DNA of 56,833 nucleotides. It comes from Chitinophagaceae bacterium (GTDB lineage Bacteria > Bacteroidota > Bacteroidia > Chitinophagales > Chitinophagaceae). Below the pieces are notes generated by a model that saw only the letters and a list, made by a program, of their open reading frames with translations, was not told the origin of the DNA and searched no databases. Below, piece after piece: positions 37,210-47,350 of this stretch; positions within the stretch are counted from its first letter, which is position 1, and the number at the start of each line of letters is the position of its first letter. The stretch covers positions 1 through 56,833 of the forward strand of contig CANJJU010000001.1 of assembly GCA_947474815.1 (NCBI GenBank), written 5' to 3'. The position numbers and the translations under genes were made by a program.

Positions 37210-38015
37210 TAAGAGGCAATTTTTGTTAGGCCATTTTTACAAAAAAAGTTTCCGTCATTTATTTTTTTGTTCATGAATACTGTACTCTTAATTTGCTGAA
37301 CGGTAGCAAATCTTTCAGGATGATAAAGATGATATACAATGGCGACAAATTTCATAGAAGTAAATTTTATTCCTTCGATTTTCTTTAATCTCCATTCTAT
37401 ATCAGAATCTTCTCCGCCACCTGGAAATAAATAATCTTCATCAAATCCATTGATTGCAAGCAAATCGGCTTTATTAATGCCCATGTTGCAACCCAACAGC
37501 ATATTGCTTTTTGTCTTTTGAATCATCTTATTAACAAGTGGAAAATAAATACCCTCTTCAATGCGCTTGCATTTAAATGCAATCAAATTGAATAAATGAA
37601 TAAGAGAAATATTTTTTGAAAAATGTATTTTTTTTGAAATCGATTCGCTCAACATTACCCTTCTCCCATATAAAACAGTTTTGGGGGTTTTTCTTTGCAA
37701 ATAAGAAGCCACGAATTTTTTATGAGGAATACAATCGCCATCAATAAATATTAAAAAATCCGTGTTCGCTGATTCAATAGAATGATTCAATGCAATACAC
37801 TTTCGAAAACCACTATCAGTTTGAGAAATGTGAATAATAGGAAAATGCAGAATAGCTTTTAAGGAATTTAATAAATCTACCGTAGCTGTATCATTATCAT
37901 CCTCTGATACGATTACCTCAAAATGATTTTTAGCAGATTGGGAATCCAATGCGCGCAATATTAATTCTAAAGTAGAAAGATTTTTGTAATACGATATGAT
38001 AATAGAGGCTTGCAT
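37209..38015 (-). CDS. Glycosyltransferase family 2 with galactosyltransferase-like C-terminal domain
   Basis: FEVIVSEDD, FIDGDC (DxD), INGFDEDY..GGEDSD motifs. Confidence 0.9.
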   Translation of the reverse strand: MQASIIISYYKNLSTLELILRALDSQSAKNHFEVIVSEDDNDTATVDLLNSLKAILHFPIIHISQTDSGFRKCIALNHSIESANTDFLIFIDGDCIPHKKFVASYLQRKTPKTVLYGRRVMLSESISKKIHFSKNISLIHLFNLIAFKCKRIEEGIYFPLVNKMIQKTKSNMLLGCNMGINKADLLAINGFDEDYLFPGGGEDSDIEWRLKKIEGIKFTSMKFVAIVYHLYHPERFATVQQIKSTVFMNKKINDGNFFCKNGLTKIAS

Positions 38016-39079
38016 TAACGTATACTAGCGTTGTTTGTCATTTTGTTAATTAATAAAGCATATTGATGGGCGATCTGCTTTGCTGAATGATGTTGGATTA
38101 CATACGCATGGGCATTTGTTACCTTGTTCAATGCGCTGTTGGGGTTTTGTAAAAGAATATCAATTTTATCAGCCAACATCATAGGATTGTTCATCTCACA
38201 AGGCGTTGCCCGATCTTCCTTAATCAAATCACTTAATCCTCCTGCAGTAGTGGAAACTACAGGTACTTTATACATAAATGCATCTAACACACTACTACAC
38301 AATCCTTCGTTATTTGAATTCATAACAAAAACCTCAAATGCCGAAAAATAATCAGTTACATTTTCAACGAAACCCATTAAAAAATAAGTATCGGACAAAT
38401 CATTCTCTATAATCAGTCGTTTCGCTTCTTCCTTTAGTACCCCTTCTCCAAAGTGTAAGAAAACAACATCGTTTCTTTTTTCTTTCAACAGCTTGATGGT
38501 TTTAATCGTATCAAATGGGTTCTTCTCAGAAGTGAAGGCAGCAATGGTGGCAATAATATGTTTATTTCCAATAGAAAGATTTTTTAAGCCTGCATTGGCT
38601 AAATCTTTATTTAATTTATTTTCAACCACGACATCTGAAATGATTTCAATATCAGTTCTTGAAGTAAATGTTGAAAGAATATTTTTTACAGAAGAACTTA
38701 TCGCAACAATCTTATCGGTTAAGCTGTACTTTAATTTAGTAAGAAATCCAGATTGAATAAAATTAACTCTTCTAGTAAATAGAATTTTTGAACGATGAAA
38801 AGGTTTGGAAAGAATACAATAAGTAAGAATTTTAGACCCCTGGGCATGCATAATCGCAAACCGACTTCCTTTAGTTATTAAAAAAAAGAATACGCCTAAA
38901 ATACTATTAAAAGAATGAACTGTGATATTTTCAACCAACGCCCTTTTTTCAAGTGCGCTTCCTTTTCTACAAATCAATTCCACTTCAAAACCCATTTGAA
39001 GAAACCCCTGTGTATTAAATAGGGTTTGCTGTTCTCCTCCCCTCCAGCTTCTTTCAAAATTTAATTCTACAATAGTCAT
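38015..39079 (-). CDS. Glycosyltransferase family 4
   Basis: WRGGEQQ N-terminus; EGLCSSVLDAF..VPVVST..GG motif. Confidence 0.9.
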   Translation of the reverse strand: MTIVELNFERSWRGGEQQTLFNTQGFLQMGFEVELICRKGSALEKRALVENITVHSFNSILGVFFFLITKGSRFAIMHAQGSKILTYCILSKPFHRSKILFTRRVNFIQSGFLTKLKYSLTDKIVAISSSVKNILSTFTSRTDIEIISDVVVENKLNKDLANAGLKNLSIGNKHIIATIAAFTSEKNPFDTIKTIKLLKEKRNDVVFLHFGEGVLKEEAKRLIIENDLSDTYFLMGFVENVTDYFSAFEVFVMNSNNEGLCSSVLDAFMYKVPVVSTTAGGLSDLIKEDRATPCEMNNPMMLADKIDILLQNPNSALNKVTNAHAYVIQHHSAKQIAHQYALLINKMTNNASIR

Positions 39080-39096
39080 GTATAAATAACAATAAT

Positions 39097-39711
39097 TTAT
39101 GCTGGTATGGTATAACGAATAATATCATCTTTTACCTCTAGCTGATATTGATTGTTTTTTGATTTTATGTATTCTGTAAGCTTTTCAATCGTAGGATAAT
39201 CACCTTGGCCATTAAAACATCTCGCATCATCAATTAATAAAACATGCTTAAAGTTATTGTTGATTAAAATACAGTCTAACTCTTCAAAAATTGGACATTC
39301 CTTATCTCCTTTGGCAGTTTCACCAGCCGAATAATGTCCATCAAGCCAAAATATTGCAGGCTCTTTCAATATCTTTATAATATCTTTTAATACACTTCCG
39401 CTATCCCCCTGAAGTATTGTAATGTTATCAAAAGATTCAAATCTCTTCACGGCATCAGCCCATAATTTAGTGCTCAACTCAATGGAGTACACATGCGAAA
39501 AATTCTTTCTTTGTGCAGCAACCATGTCTCCTTTATAGGTGCCTGTTTCAATAAGAATATTGCAACCTGAAAGCAATTGATATTCTTTAATGGCTAATTG
39601 TTTTACTGGATGTGGGGTGGGAACTGGGCTTCCAGCAAGTTTCCATTTTTTAATTTTTCTTGCGGCTTTCGCATTTTGTACCGTTTCTACAAGTTGATTT
39701 ATAAAGTTCAT
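39097..39711 (-). CDS. Hypothetical protein with class I SAM-dependent methyltransferase-like motifs
   Basis: IETGTYKG, VYSIE, QGDS and FWLDGHYS motifs. Confidence 0.65.
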   Translation of the reverse strand: MNFINQLVETVQNAKAARKIKKWKLAGSPVPTPHPVKQLAIKEYQLLSGCNILIETGTYKGDMVAAQRKNFSHVYSIELSTKLWADAVKRFESFDNITILQGDSGSVLKDIIKILKEPAIFWLDGHYSAGETAKGDKECPIFEELDCILINNNFKHVLLIDDARCFNGQGDYPTIEKLTEYIKSKNNQYQLEVKDDIIRYTIPA

Positions 39712-39723
39712 TTCTATAGGTTT

Positions 39724-40458
39724 TTATTTTTTTATTAATTCAAAAATTCCGCAGCCGTAATGACAGCCAAGATTATTTTTTATACCCTCTTCACTCAATT
39801 CTATGTTTTCAAACAAATCTCCCGCATCATTTACATAAGAGAAAGAATGAATATTGTATTTTTCTTTGAACAAATCCATTAAATACTGAATATTAAAAAC
39901 TCGATGAGCATTGAACTCTATTCTTTGCTGTCCAATAGGAGTAGAAAAATAAAATTTTCCTCCTGTTTTTAAAATAGTAGTTATGTTTTCAATTGCCTTC
40001 AAATACCCCCAATAATCAATCGAATCATTGTACCTACCCAATCCAAAATGCTCAATGGCATGAAGAGAAGAAATTGAGTCGGTGTATGCAATTAATTCAG
40101 TGGGCAATTTTGTGAGATCCGCTTTCTTAAAATTAATGTTTTTTATTTTTTTATTCTGCTCTCTAATGTCAAACACTTCAATCTCTCGAAAGGTTGCCAC
40201 GTGTGCAACAAATCCATCTGTTCTAGATCCTATATCAACATGTTTTTGTGGATTGTGTTGAAATATCTTTCTCGCTACCAATAAGTCTTGATGAAAATAA
40301 TGTCCGGAGGCAATGCCCGAATCAGCAAATTTTTCATTTAAAATCAATCTCTTTTTACCAAATGGAAAAAGATTGTTGGATCCCTTCTGTTTAATTAGCT
40401 CCTTTAAATCTTTTCTGTAACTGAAATAAGCTATAATATAATTTTTTATTTTTTTCAT
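39724..40458 (-). CDS. DUF268 domain protein (methyltransferase-like)
   Basis: HYFHQD, HVDIGSR.DGFVAHVA, SSLHAIEHFGLGRYND and FNAHRVF motifs. Confidence 0.82.
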   Translation of the reverse strand: MKKIKNYIIAYFSYRKDLKELIKQKGSNNLFPFGKKRLILNEKFADSGIASGHYFHQDLLVARKIFQHNPQKHVDIGSRTDGFVAHVATFREIEVFDIREQNKKIKNINFKKADLTKLPTELIAYTDSISSLHAIEHFGLGRYNDSIDYWGYLKAIENITTILKTGGKFYFSTPIGQQRIEFNAHRVFNIQYLMDLFKEKYNIHSFSYVNDAGDLFENIELSEEGIKNNLGCHYGCGIFELIKK

Positions 40459-40459
40459 T

Positions 40460-41302
40460 TTAAAAATTATTGTTCATTTTAATCCAACTGTTATTCAATA
40501 GGTCAATAGTTGATTTTGTATGAGGCATCCACTTTTCAGGTGTAATAACAATCTTATTTTTATTTTGATTCAACCAAGCACCCCACCAGCTAAATGAACT
40601 ATTGGCGATAATATTGTGTTTACACAAGCTCATCAACTGCATGTCAATATAACTGTTCTCATTTTTATTCCAATCAATATAAAATGCAGGTATATTTTTT
40701 ATGTTTTCCTTTGCCCATTCTATATTATCAGAGAAAATAAAAAATACCGGCTCCTGACCGTTTTCATTTATATGTTTTATTGCCTGTTGATAATACCCTA
40801 GCGATAAGCCAAAATCTCTTCCATCGGTAAGATAATCTCCCCTTCGTATATGCAAGCTCACTGAATTGGTACTCTTTATTTTTTCAGCAATGGCAATATT
40901 TTGCGCATCCTCTAATGCAGGAAAAGTGAATTTTTTTCTTATGTCATTCTCGACTCCTAAAAAATACTTTTCAGTTTGCCAATACCCTTTTAAAAAACCA
41001 AAACGAATAGAGGAGACCTTTGCATTATACACATATTGGTCTTGTGTTTTTTCTTTATATGGATGTCCAAATAAAATATGCAACACCTTGCTAATGGCCT
41101 TTATGCATCGCTTCTCAATTACAGAACAATATTTTCCTTTTACGGCAAACACCCGCTCTAATTCATATCCATTATGAGTAGATTCTTTTTCAAATGCCGA
41201 CAAGTCAATTTTGGTATTAAGGCCTTTTTTATGAAAAGAATAATACAAGGCATACTCAAACATTTGATTCCCTAATCCACCTAAAAATTGAATAATAACC
41301 AT
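40460..41302 (-). CDS. Alpha-1,2-fucosyltransferase (GT11)
   Basis: GGLGNQMF, GYWQ, HIRRGDY and DMQLMSLCKHNIIANSSFSWWGAWL motifs. Confidence 0.95.
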   Translation of the reverse strand: MVIIQFLGGLGNQMFEYALYYSFHKKGLNTKIDLSAFEKESTHNGYELERVFAVKGKYCSVIEKRCIKAISKVLHILFGHPYKEKTQDQYVYNAKVSSIRFGFLKGYWQTEKYFLGVENDIRKKFTFPALEDAQNIAIAEKIKSTNSVSLHIRRGDYLTDGRDFGLSLGYYQQAIKHINENGQEPVFFIFSDNIEWAKENIKNIPAFYIDWNKNENSYIDMQLMSLCKHNIIANSSFSWWGAWLNQNKNKIVITPEKWMPHTKSTIDLLNNSWIKMNNNF

Positions 41303-41433
41303 GAATTAAATTAATAATCGTGCGAATGATTCACCTCCTCATTTTACAATAAAATGAAGGTAAGTGATAAATTTAAAAGATTTCAATGCTTCAGCTTCAA
41401 TTTAGCGTAATTCAAATAATTATCTTTGCAGCT

Positions 41434-42069
41434 ATGACAAACTTCGTTCCTGTATTTCCTCTTTCCCTAGTTGTTTACCCAGGTGAGAAATTGCATTTAC
41501 ATATTTTTGAACCCAAGTACAAGCAACTGATTAATTATTGCATTGAAAATAAAAAACCATTTGGCATTCCAGCGGTTTTAAATCATTCATTATCAGAACT
41601 AGGTTCTATTGTAGAGATTACTGAAGTTTCTAGAACATATGAGGACGGCAGCATGGACATTAAAACAAAAGGCATAGGCGTTTTTAAAATATTAGAATTA
41701 ATTAAAGAATTACCAGATAAATTATATAGCGGTGCCATTATTTCACATCAAAAAAACTTTAATAACGGCAGTGCTATTTTAATGAAAAAAATAATCGAAA
41801 ATGCTCGAATCTTGCATAAAAAAATTAATGTGCTAAAAGATTTTGGAAAGCCTGATGAAGCTTTGCTCAGTTACGATATTGCACACCACATAGGATTGAC
41901 ATTGGAGCAAGAATATACTATACTTGAATACGAAAACGAATTGCATCGCCAAGAATATTTAAAACGCCATCTTGCACAAATCATTCCCCTTTTACAAGAA
42001 ATGGAAAGCCTGAAAAGCAAAATAAAACTGAACGGGCACTTTAAAAATTTAGAAGGATTTAATTTCTAA
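41434..42069 (+). CDS. LON peptidase substrate-binding domain protein (no protease or ATPase domain)
   Basis: PVFPLSLVVYPGEKLHLHIFEPKYK motif; start MTNF at 41434 just after TATCTTTG (41421-41428). Confidence 0.88.
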   Translation: MTNFVPVFPLSLVVYPGEKLHLHIFEPKYKQLINYCIENKKPFGIPAVLNHSLSELGSIVEITEVSRTYEDGSMDIKTKGIGVFKILELIKELPDKLYSGAIISHQKNFNNGSAILMKKIIENARILHKKINVLKDFGKPDEALLSYDIAHHIGLTLEQEYTILEYENELHRQEYLKRHLAQIIPLLQEMESLKSKIKLNGHFKNLEGFNF

Positions 42070-42154
42070 TAATTACTTACGGGTTTGCAGCTTGTTAACT
42101 TAATATCTAATAACTTTAAGCCTGTTTAAGGCAATAACCCCTTAAATATACTCC

Positions 42155-42877
42155 ATGACCACACTTTGCTTTGATTTTGGCAACACCCGTTTAAAAGCGG
42201 CGGTATTTTTAAAGGGAGAGCTACATGAAGAAATTACCTTAACGGATGGCAATATCAATACCATCCAGCATTTAATAGATACATACACCCCAACAAAAAC
42301 TATTTTATCCTCGGTTATTCACCATAATATTGACATAGAAAATTTACTCGCAAAGCAATCCTCTTTTCATAAACTATCCACTGACACCAAAATTAATTTC
42401 ACCATTGCAGTAGGTAAAAAAGAAACCATTGGAGCCGATAGATTGGCATTGGTTGCAGCTGCTTCAGCGCAATTCTCAGGTAAAAACAATCTAATTATAG
42501 GATTGGGTAGTTGTATTACCTACAATTTTATCAATCAATACAACCAATTTCTAGGGGGGGCTATCTCTCCTGGTTTAGACATGAGATTCAAATCCATGCA
42601 CGATTATACAGCCAAATTACCCCTTATTGAGGCAGATTGGAATTTTCCACTCATTGGGTACGATACTAAAACAAACCTGCAATCAGGCGTAATCATGGGT
42701 ATTGCTTGCGAAATAGAAGGAATTATTGAAAAATACAGTGCTAAATATGACAACTTTAACGTGGTCTTAACCGGAGGCAATTCTTTGTATTTTGCTAGTC
42801 AACTTAAAAAGAAGATATTTGCCGACGCTAATTTTTTATTTAAAGGACTGTATGCACTTAGTGAACTCAACAACTGA
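42155..42877 (+). CDS. coaX: Type III pantothenate kinase
   Basis: DFGNTRLK, GADR, GGAISPG and LTGG motifs. Confidence 0.95.
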   Translation: MTTLCFDFGNTRLKAAVFLKGELHEEITLTDGNINTIQHLIDTYTPTKTILSSVIHHNIDIENLLAKQSSFHKLSTDTKINFTIAVGKKETIGADRLALVAAASAQFSGKNNLIIGLGSCITYNFINQYNQFLGGAISPGLDMRFKSMHDYTAKLPLIEADWNFPLIGYDTKTNLQSGVIMGIACEIEGIIEKYSAKYDNFNVVLTGGNSLYFASQLKKKIFADANFLFKGLYALSELNN

Positions 42878-44258
42878 AAAGCTTAGGATCATTTTATTAT
42901 TGTCATTTAGTATGACAATCATTGCAAATACCTATGCACAGGAAAATTCTCCCTATTCAAGATATGGCATGGGGGATTTAATGCCTGGTCAAAATATAAC
43001 CAACAGAGGGATGGGGGGCATATCTGCAGCTTACTCCGATTATGGAATCATTGGATCTCCTTTTAATATCAATCTTGTAAATCCTGCCTCCCTAGGAAAT
43101 ATTACCAATAGCAAAAACTTTTCTAATACTCTATTTGACCTAGGACTTGAAGTAGATGTAAGAACTTTAAAAAGTACCAATAATACAGACAAATACAAAG
43201 CAACCAATGCGGTAATATCTTATTTGCAAATTGCTTTTCCTATCTCTTCAAAAAAAATGGAAAAGAAAGGTACAAGTTGGGGGTTGAGTTTTGGTCTTCG
43301 CCCTATCACACGCATTAATTATAAAATCGAACAAAATAGCAGAATAAATAACATAGATAGCATAAACACTATGTATGAAGGAACAGGAGGCACCAATCAA
43401 GTAAATATTGGTACCGGGATTAGAAAAATTGGAAAGGGTGCAAGGAAAAATGAATTTAGTATAGGATTGAATACAGGATACACTTTTGGAAACAGAGACC
43501 TTACTACGCGTTTAACTTTATTAAACGACAGCATATTCTACTATAAGTCTAATGCTGAAGTTCAGTCTAGATTTACAGGGATTTTTATAAACACTGGAGT
43601 ACAGTACGAAATGCATCTTAAAAATGCAGGAACATTACGTCTTGGGGCATACGCTAATTTGAAACAAAATCTAACTGCTTATAAATCTAACACTTACGAA
43701 ACCTTCGGTAATGATGGAAATGGCGGCTATACTACGATTGACAGCGTTTATAAAACTGCAGACCTTAAAGGGAAGATAATATTACCAGCTACGTATGGGG
43801 GAGGATTTACTTACCGTACTAAAAATAATCACTGGTTATTGGGAGCAGATTATGAAAAATCTAATTGGTCAGACTATCGTAATTACAATGAGAAAGATCT
43901 TGTTGCAAACAACTGGACCATCAGAGTGGGCGCTGAATTTTACCCAGTTAAATTTAATTCTGCCAATAACAACTATTGGAGCTATTTAAAATATAGAGCA
44001 GGATTTTATTTCGGGCCAGACTATATTAAAATAAACAATGTTACAAGAAACAACTATGCGGTAACGTTTGGATCTTCATTCCCTCTATCAACTCCAAGAT
44101 TCATTCAAAGCAGAGGAGAATATGTAACCCTAAACACGTCATTTGAAATTGGTGGAAGAGGAAACAATCAATCACTCAGTTTAAAAGAAAATGTGATAAG
44201 ATTCAATTTTGGAATATCAATGAATGCACGTTGGTTTCAAAAAAGAAGCTACGACTAA
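42852..44258 (+). CDS. Outer membrane beta-barrel protein (FadL/porin-like, conserved between coaX and lptC)
   Basis: NSPYSRYGMG, NPASL, YRAGFY and C-terminal WFQKRSYD; start codon uncertain (42852 chosen). Confidence 0.75.
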   Translation: MHLVNSTTEKLRIILLLSFSMTIIANTYAQENSPYSRYGMGDLMPGQNITNRGMGGISAAYSDYGIIGSPFNINLVNPASLGNITNSKNFSNTLFDLGLEVDVRTLKSTNNTDKYKATNAVISYLQIAFPISSKKMEKKGTSWGLSFGLRPITRINYKIEQNSRINNIDSINTMYEGTGGTNQVNIGTGIRKIGKGARKNEFSIGLNTGYTFGNRDLTTRLTLLNDSIFYYKSNAEVQSRFTGIFINTGVQYEMHLKNAGTLRLGAYANLKQNLTAYKSNTYETFGNDGNGGYTTIDSVYKTADLKGKIILPATYGGGFTYRTKNNHWLLGADYEKSNWSDYRNYNEKDLVANNWTIRVGAEFYPVKFNSANNNYWSYLKYRAGFYFGPDYIKINNVTRNNYAVTFGSSFPLSTPRFIQSRGEYVTLNTSFEIGGRGNNQSLSLKENVIRFNFGISMNARWFQKRSYD

Positions 44259-44280
44259 AATACTTTAGATTTAATAGTTA

Positions 44281-44856
44281 ATGAATAAGTCTCTTATATA
44301 TAAACTTATTATTGCAGCCTTTATGATAGGCTGCATTTTTTTATTAAGTTGCGAAAACAATGAAGCAAAAGTAAAGGAACTGTCTAGCAAAAGCGTGGCA
44401 GTAGAAGAAGCAAAAGCAATCATACTAAACTATACCATTGGAGGAAAAACAAAAGCTATATTAAAAGCTCCGTTAATGCTTAATGTGCAAGCATCTATTC
44501 CCTATACCGAATTTCCTAACACGCTTCATGCAGATTTTTACAACGAAAATGGTAAAATAGAAAGTTTTCTTACTGCTAAATACGGAAAATATAAACAATC
44601 AGAAAGCATCGTCTTTTTAAAGGATAGTGTGATGGTCGTTAATTTAGAAAAAGGAGACACTCTTTATTGCAATGAATTATACTGGGATCGGAATAAAATA
44701 GGCAACGAGTTTTACACCGACAAGCCTGTTAGAATTAGAACAAAAACCGAGGTCATAGATGGCCAAGGGATGGAGTCTAATCAAAATTTTAAGAATTGGC
44801 ACATTTTAAATTCAACAGGAACCATTAATGTTCCTGCATCAAAGTTTCCTGGATAA
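44281..44856 (+). CDS. lptC: LPS export ABC transporter periplasmic protein LptC
   Basis: Lipoprotein-like N-terminus; YTEFP, GDTLYCNELYWD and FYTDKPVRI motifs; conserved context. Confidence 0.88.
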   Translation: MNKSLIYKLIIAAFMIGCIFLLSCENNEAKVKELSSKSVAVEEAKAIILNYTIGGKTKAILKAPLMLNVQASIPYTEFPNTLHADFYNENGKIESFLTAKYGKYKQSESIVFLKDSVMVVNLEKGDTLYCNELYWDRNKIGNEFYTDKPVRIRTKTEVIDGQGMESNQNFKNWHILNSTGTINVPASKFPG

Positions 44857-44918
44857 AATCGTGCTTTATCATAAACAAAAAGAATGCTTTTTTGTTAAAC
44901 TAATAAAACAATCATCAC

Positions 44919-45908
44919 ATGGAATATCGTCGTTTAGGTAACTCTGGCTTACAAGTAAGTACACTTTCTTTTGGAAGCTGGGTAAGTTTTAGCAAACAAA
45001 TTAATGATAAGGTTGCTGAAGAATTAATGAGCATCGCTTATGAAAACGGAGTAAACTTCTTTGACAATGCTGAAATCTATGCATTGGGAGAAAGTGAAAA
45101 AATGATGGGACGGGTAATTAAAAAGAAAAAGTGGGATCGCAGTTCCTATGTAGTATCCTCCAAAGCATTTTGGGGTTGGAGAGGAAAAGACAATAAGCCT
45201 AATCAAACAGGTTGTAATAGAAAACATTTGATAGAAGCTTGTGATGAAGCACTCAAAAGATTACAAGTAGACTACTTGGATTTATATTTCTGTCATCGTC
45301 CAGATAAAAAAACACCGATTGAAGAAACCGTTTGGGCAATGAATCATTTAATTCAACAAGGTAAAATTTTATATTGGGGTACCAGTGAATGGAGTGGAGT
45401 TGAAATAATGGAAGCGCACAGAATTGCTCAACATTACAGATTAATTGGGCCCACGATGGAGCAGCCGCAATACAATTTATTTGAAAGAGAAAAAGTAGAA
45501 AAAGAATATTTGGATATTTTTAGAACTGTTGGGATGGGCACTACTATCTGGAGCCCTTTAGCATCGGGCCTATTGAGCGGAAAATACAATGATGGCATAC
45601 CTAAAAACAGTCGCTTTGCTTTACAGGGCTTTGATTGGCTAAAAGACAGATGGGTTGCAGACGATAAACTTAAGAAAGTTAAAAAGTTGTCAGAATTCGC
45701 AGCAAAATTAGGCGTTTCCACTGCTGCATTGAGCATTGCTTGGTGTATTAAAAATCCAAATGTAAGTACCGCTATTTTAGGAGCTACTAAAAAACAACAA
45801 TTGCTTGACAATCTAAAGGCATTGGACGTATTGCCACTGCTTACTCCAGAAGTAGTAGAAAAAATTGAAAGCATCATGAAAACAAAACCAACACTTCCTG
45901 ATTTTTAA
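44919..45908 (+). CDS. Aldo/keto reductase (potassium channel beta-subunit family)
   Basis: MEYRRLGNSGLQVS, FFDNAEIY, YWGTSEWS and WSPLASGLLSGKY motifs. Confidence 0.92.
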   Translation: MEYRRLGNSGLQVSTLSFGSWVSFSKQINDKVAEELMSIAYENGVNFFDNAEIYALGESEKMMGRVIKKKKWDRSSYVVSSKAFWGWRGKDNKPNQTGCNRKHLIEACDEALKRLQVDYLDLYFCHRPDKKTPIEETVWAMNHLIQQGKILYWGTSEWSGVEIMEAHRIAQHYRLIGPTMEQPQYNLFEREKVEKEYLDIFRTVGMGTTIWSPLASGLLSGKYNDGIPKNSRFALQGFDWLKDRWVADDKLKKVKKLSEFAAKLGVSTAALSIAWCIKNPNVSTAILGATKKQQLLDNLKALDVLPLLTPEVVEKIESIMKTKPTLPDF

Positions 45909-45909
45909 T

Positions 45910-46266
45910 ATGAGTAATACAATCATTTACGGAATTCCGAATTGCGGCTCAGTGAAAAAAGCAATCGAATGGTTTACCCATCGCGCTGTTCCTTTTCAAT
46001 TCCATAATTATAAAAAAGAAGGAATAGATAAAACGAAAATTAAAAGCTGGTGCAAACAAGTAGGATGGGAATTTATTTTCAATAAAAAAGGAACAACCTG
46101 GAGAGGCATGGCTGAGAAATATAAAAATATACCGCTCACAGAGAAACTAGCCATTACTATTATGATAGAAAATAATAGCATTATTAAAAGACCTGTTGTT
46201 GAATATAAAAATAAACTACTGGTTGGATTCGACGAAACGATTTATTTAAAAGAAATTAAATTTTAA
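45910..46266 (+). CDS. ArsC/Spx/MgsR (YffB-like) family protein
   Basis: YGIPNCGSVKKA, NKKGTTWR and IKRPV motifs. Confidence 0.88.
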   Translation: MSNTIIYGIPNCGSVKKAIEWFTHRAVPFQFHNYKKEGIDKTKIKSWCKQVGWEFIFNKKGTTWRGMAEKYKNIPLTEKLAITIMIENNSIIKRPVVEYKNKLLVGFDETIYLKEIKF

Positions 46267-46280
46267 AAGCATCTCCCCTA

Positions 46281-47333
46281 ATGGAAAAAGAAACAACAGT
46301 TCCTGCAAAGAAAAAATCACCTATTAGATTAATTGTTTTAGGTGCCCTTGTTTTAACCGGTTTGTACTTTGGCATCAATGCATGGCAGTTTGGAAAAACA
46401 CATGAAACAACTGACAACGCCCAAGTTGAAACTCAACTTGTTCCCGTATTACCAAGAGTAAGCGGCTATATAAAAAATATAAATGTTAAGGATTACGACT
46501 CTGTTAAAGCAGGAGATCTGTTAGTAGAATTAGATGACATGGAAATGCAGATTCAATTACAACAATTGGAAGCAGATTACAGACAAGCTGAAGTAGATGT
46601 AGAAAATGCAAATGCAAACTTATCTAGCACCAAAGCTGCATTAAAAGTAAACAAAGGAAATATTGAACTTGCGCAAATCAGGATTAATAAAGCAACAGAA
46701 GACTATACACGCGACAATACTCTACATCAACAAGAAGCCATTACTACCAAACAATTAGATGAAAGCAAGTATAATTTCAATACATCAAAACAACAACTAG
46801 AAAACACTAAAATAGATTTAGCGAGCGCTCAAAAAAAATTAGAAGTATTGGAAACGAATGTAAAAAAATCGCTTTCTGTATTAGATGTAAAAAAAGCGCT
46901 AATTGATCAACAAAAATTAAAAATAAGCTATACGAAAATATATGCTCCTATGAGTGGCAGACTAGGAAAGAAAAATATTTCAGCAATGCAATTTGTTCAA
47001 GCTGGCACTCCCCTTTTTACCATTGTAAATGACTCTACTTTTTGGATTGTAGCTAATTATAAAGAAAATCAAATTAATAAAATGCATGAAGGAACTCCTG
47101 TTTCAATTGCCTTAGACGCATATCCTGCTATTAAATTAACAGGAAAAATAGAAAGCTTAAGTGATGCAACAGGTGCTAAATTCTCTATGTTGCCACCAGA
47201 CAATGCGAGTGGAAATTTTGTGAAAGTAACACAGCGTGTGCCTGTAAAGATTTCTATTGATGAGATTGAAAAGTATCATCAAATTTTACGTGCGGGACTG
47301 AGTGTAAAAGTAGTTGCATCTGTTCCCGAATAA
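46281..47333 (+). CDS. HlyD family efflux adaptor (EmrA-like)
   Basis: ETTDNAQV, coiled coil, ATGAKFSMLPPDNASGNFVKVTQRVPVKI. Confidence 0.93.
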   Translation: MEKETTVPAKKKSPIRLIVLGALVLTGLYFGINAWQFGKTHETTDNAQVETQLVPVLPRVSGYIKNINVKDYDSVKAGDLLVELDDMEMQIQLQQLEADYRQAEVDVENANANLSSTKAALKVNKGNIELAQIRINKATEDYTRDNTLHQQEAITTKQLDESKYNFNTSKQQLENTKIDLASAQKKLEVLETNVKKSLSVLDVKKALIDQQKLKISYTKIYAPMSGRLGKKNISAMQFVQAGTPLFTIVNDSTFWIVANYKENQINKMHEGTPVSIALDAYPAIKLTGKIESLSDATGAKFSMLPPDNASGNFVKVTQRVPVKISIDEIEKYHQILRAGLSVKVVASVPE

Positions 47334-47350
47334 ATTATCAAGAAAAATAA

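Noticed and set aside
45910-46266. Arsenic-resistance operon
   Set aside because: YffB/Spx-like member of the ArsC superfamily with no arsR, arsB or acr3 neighbours.
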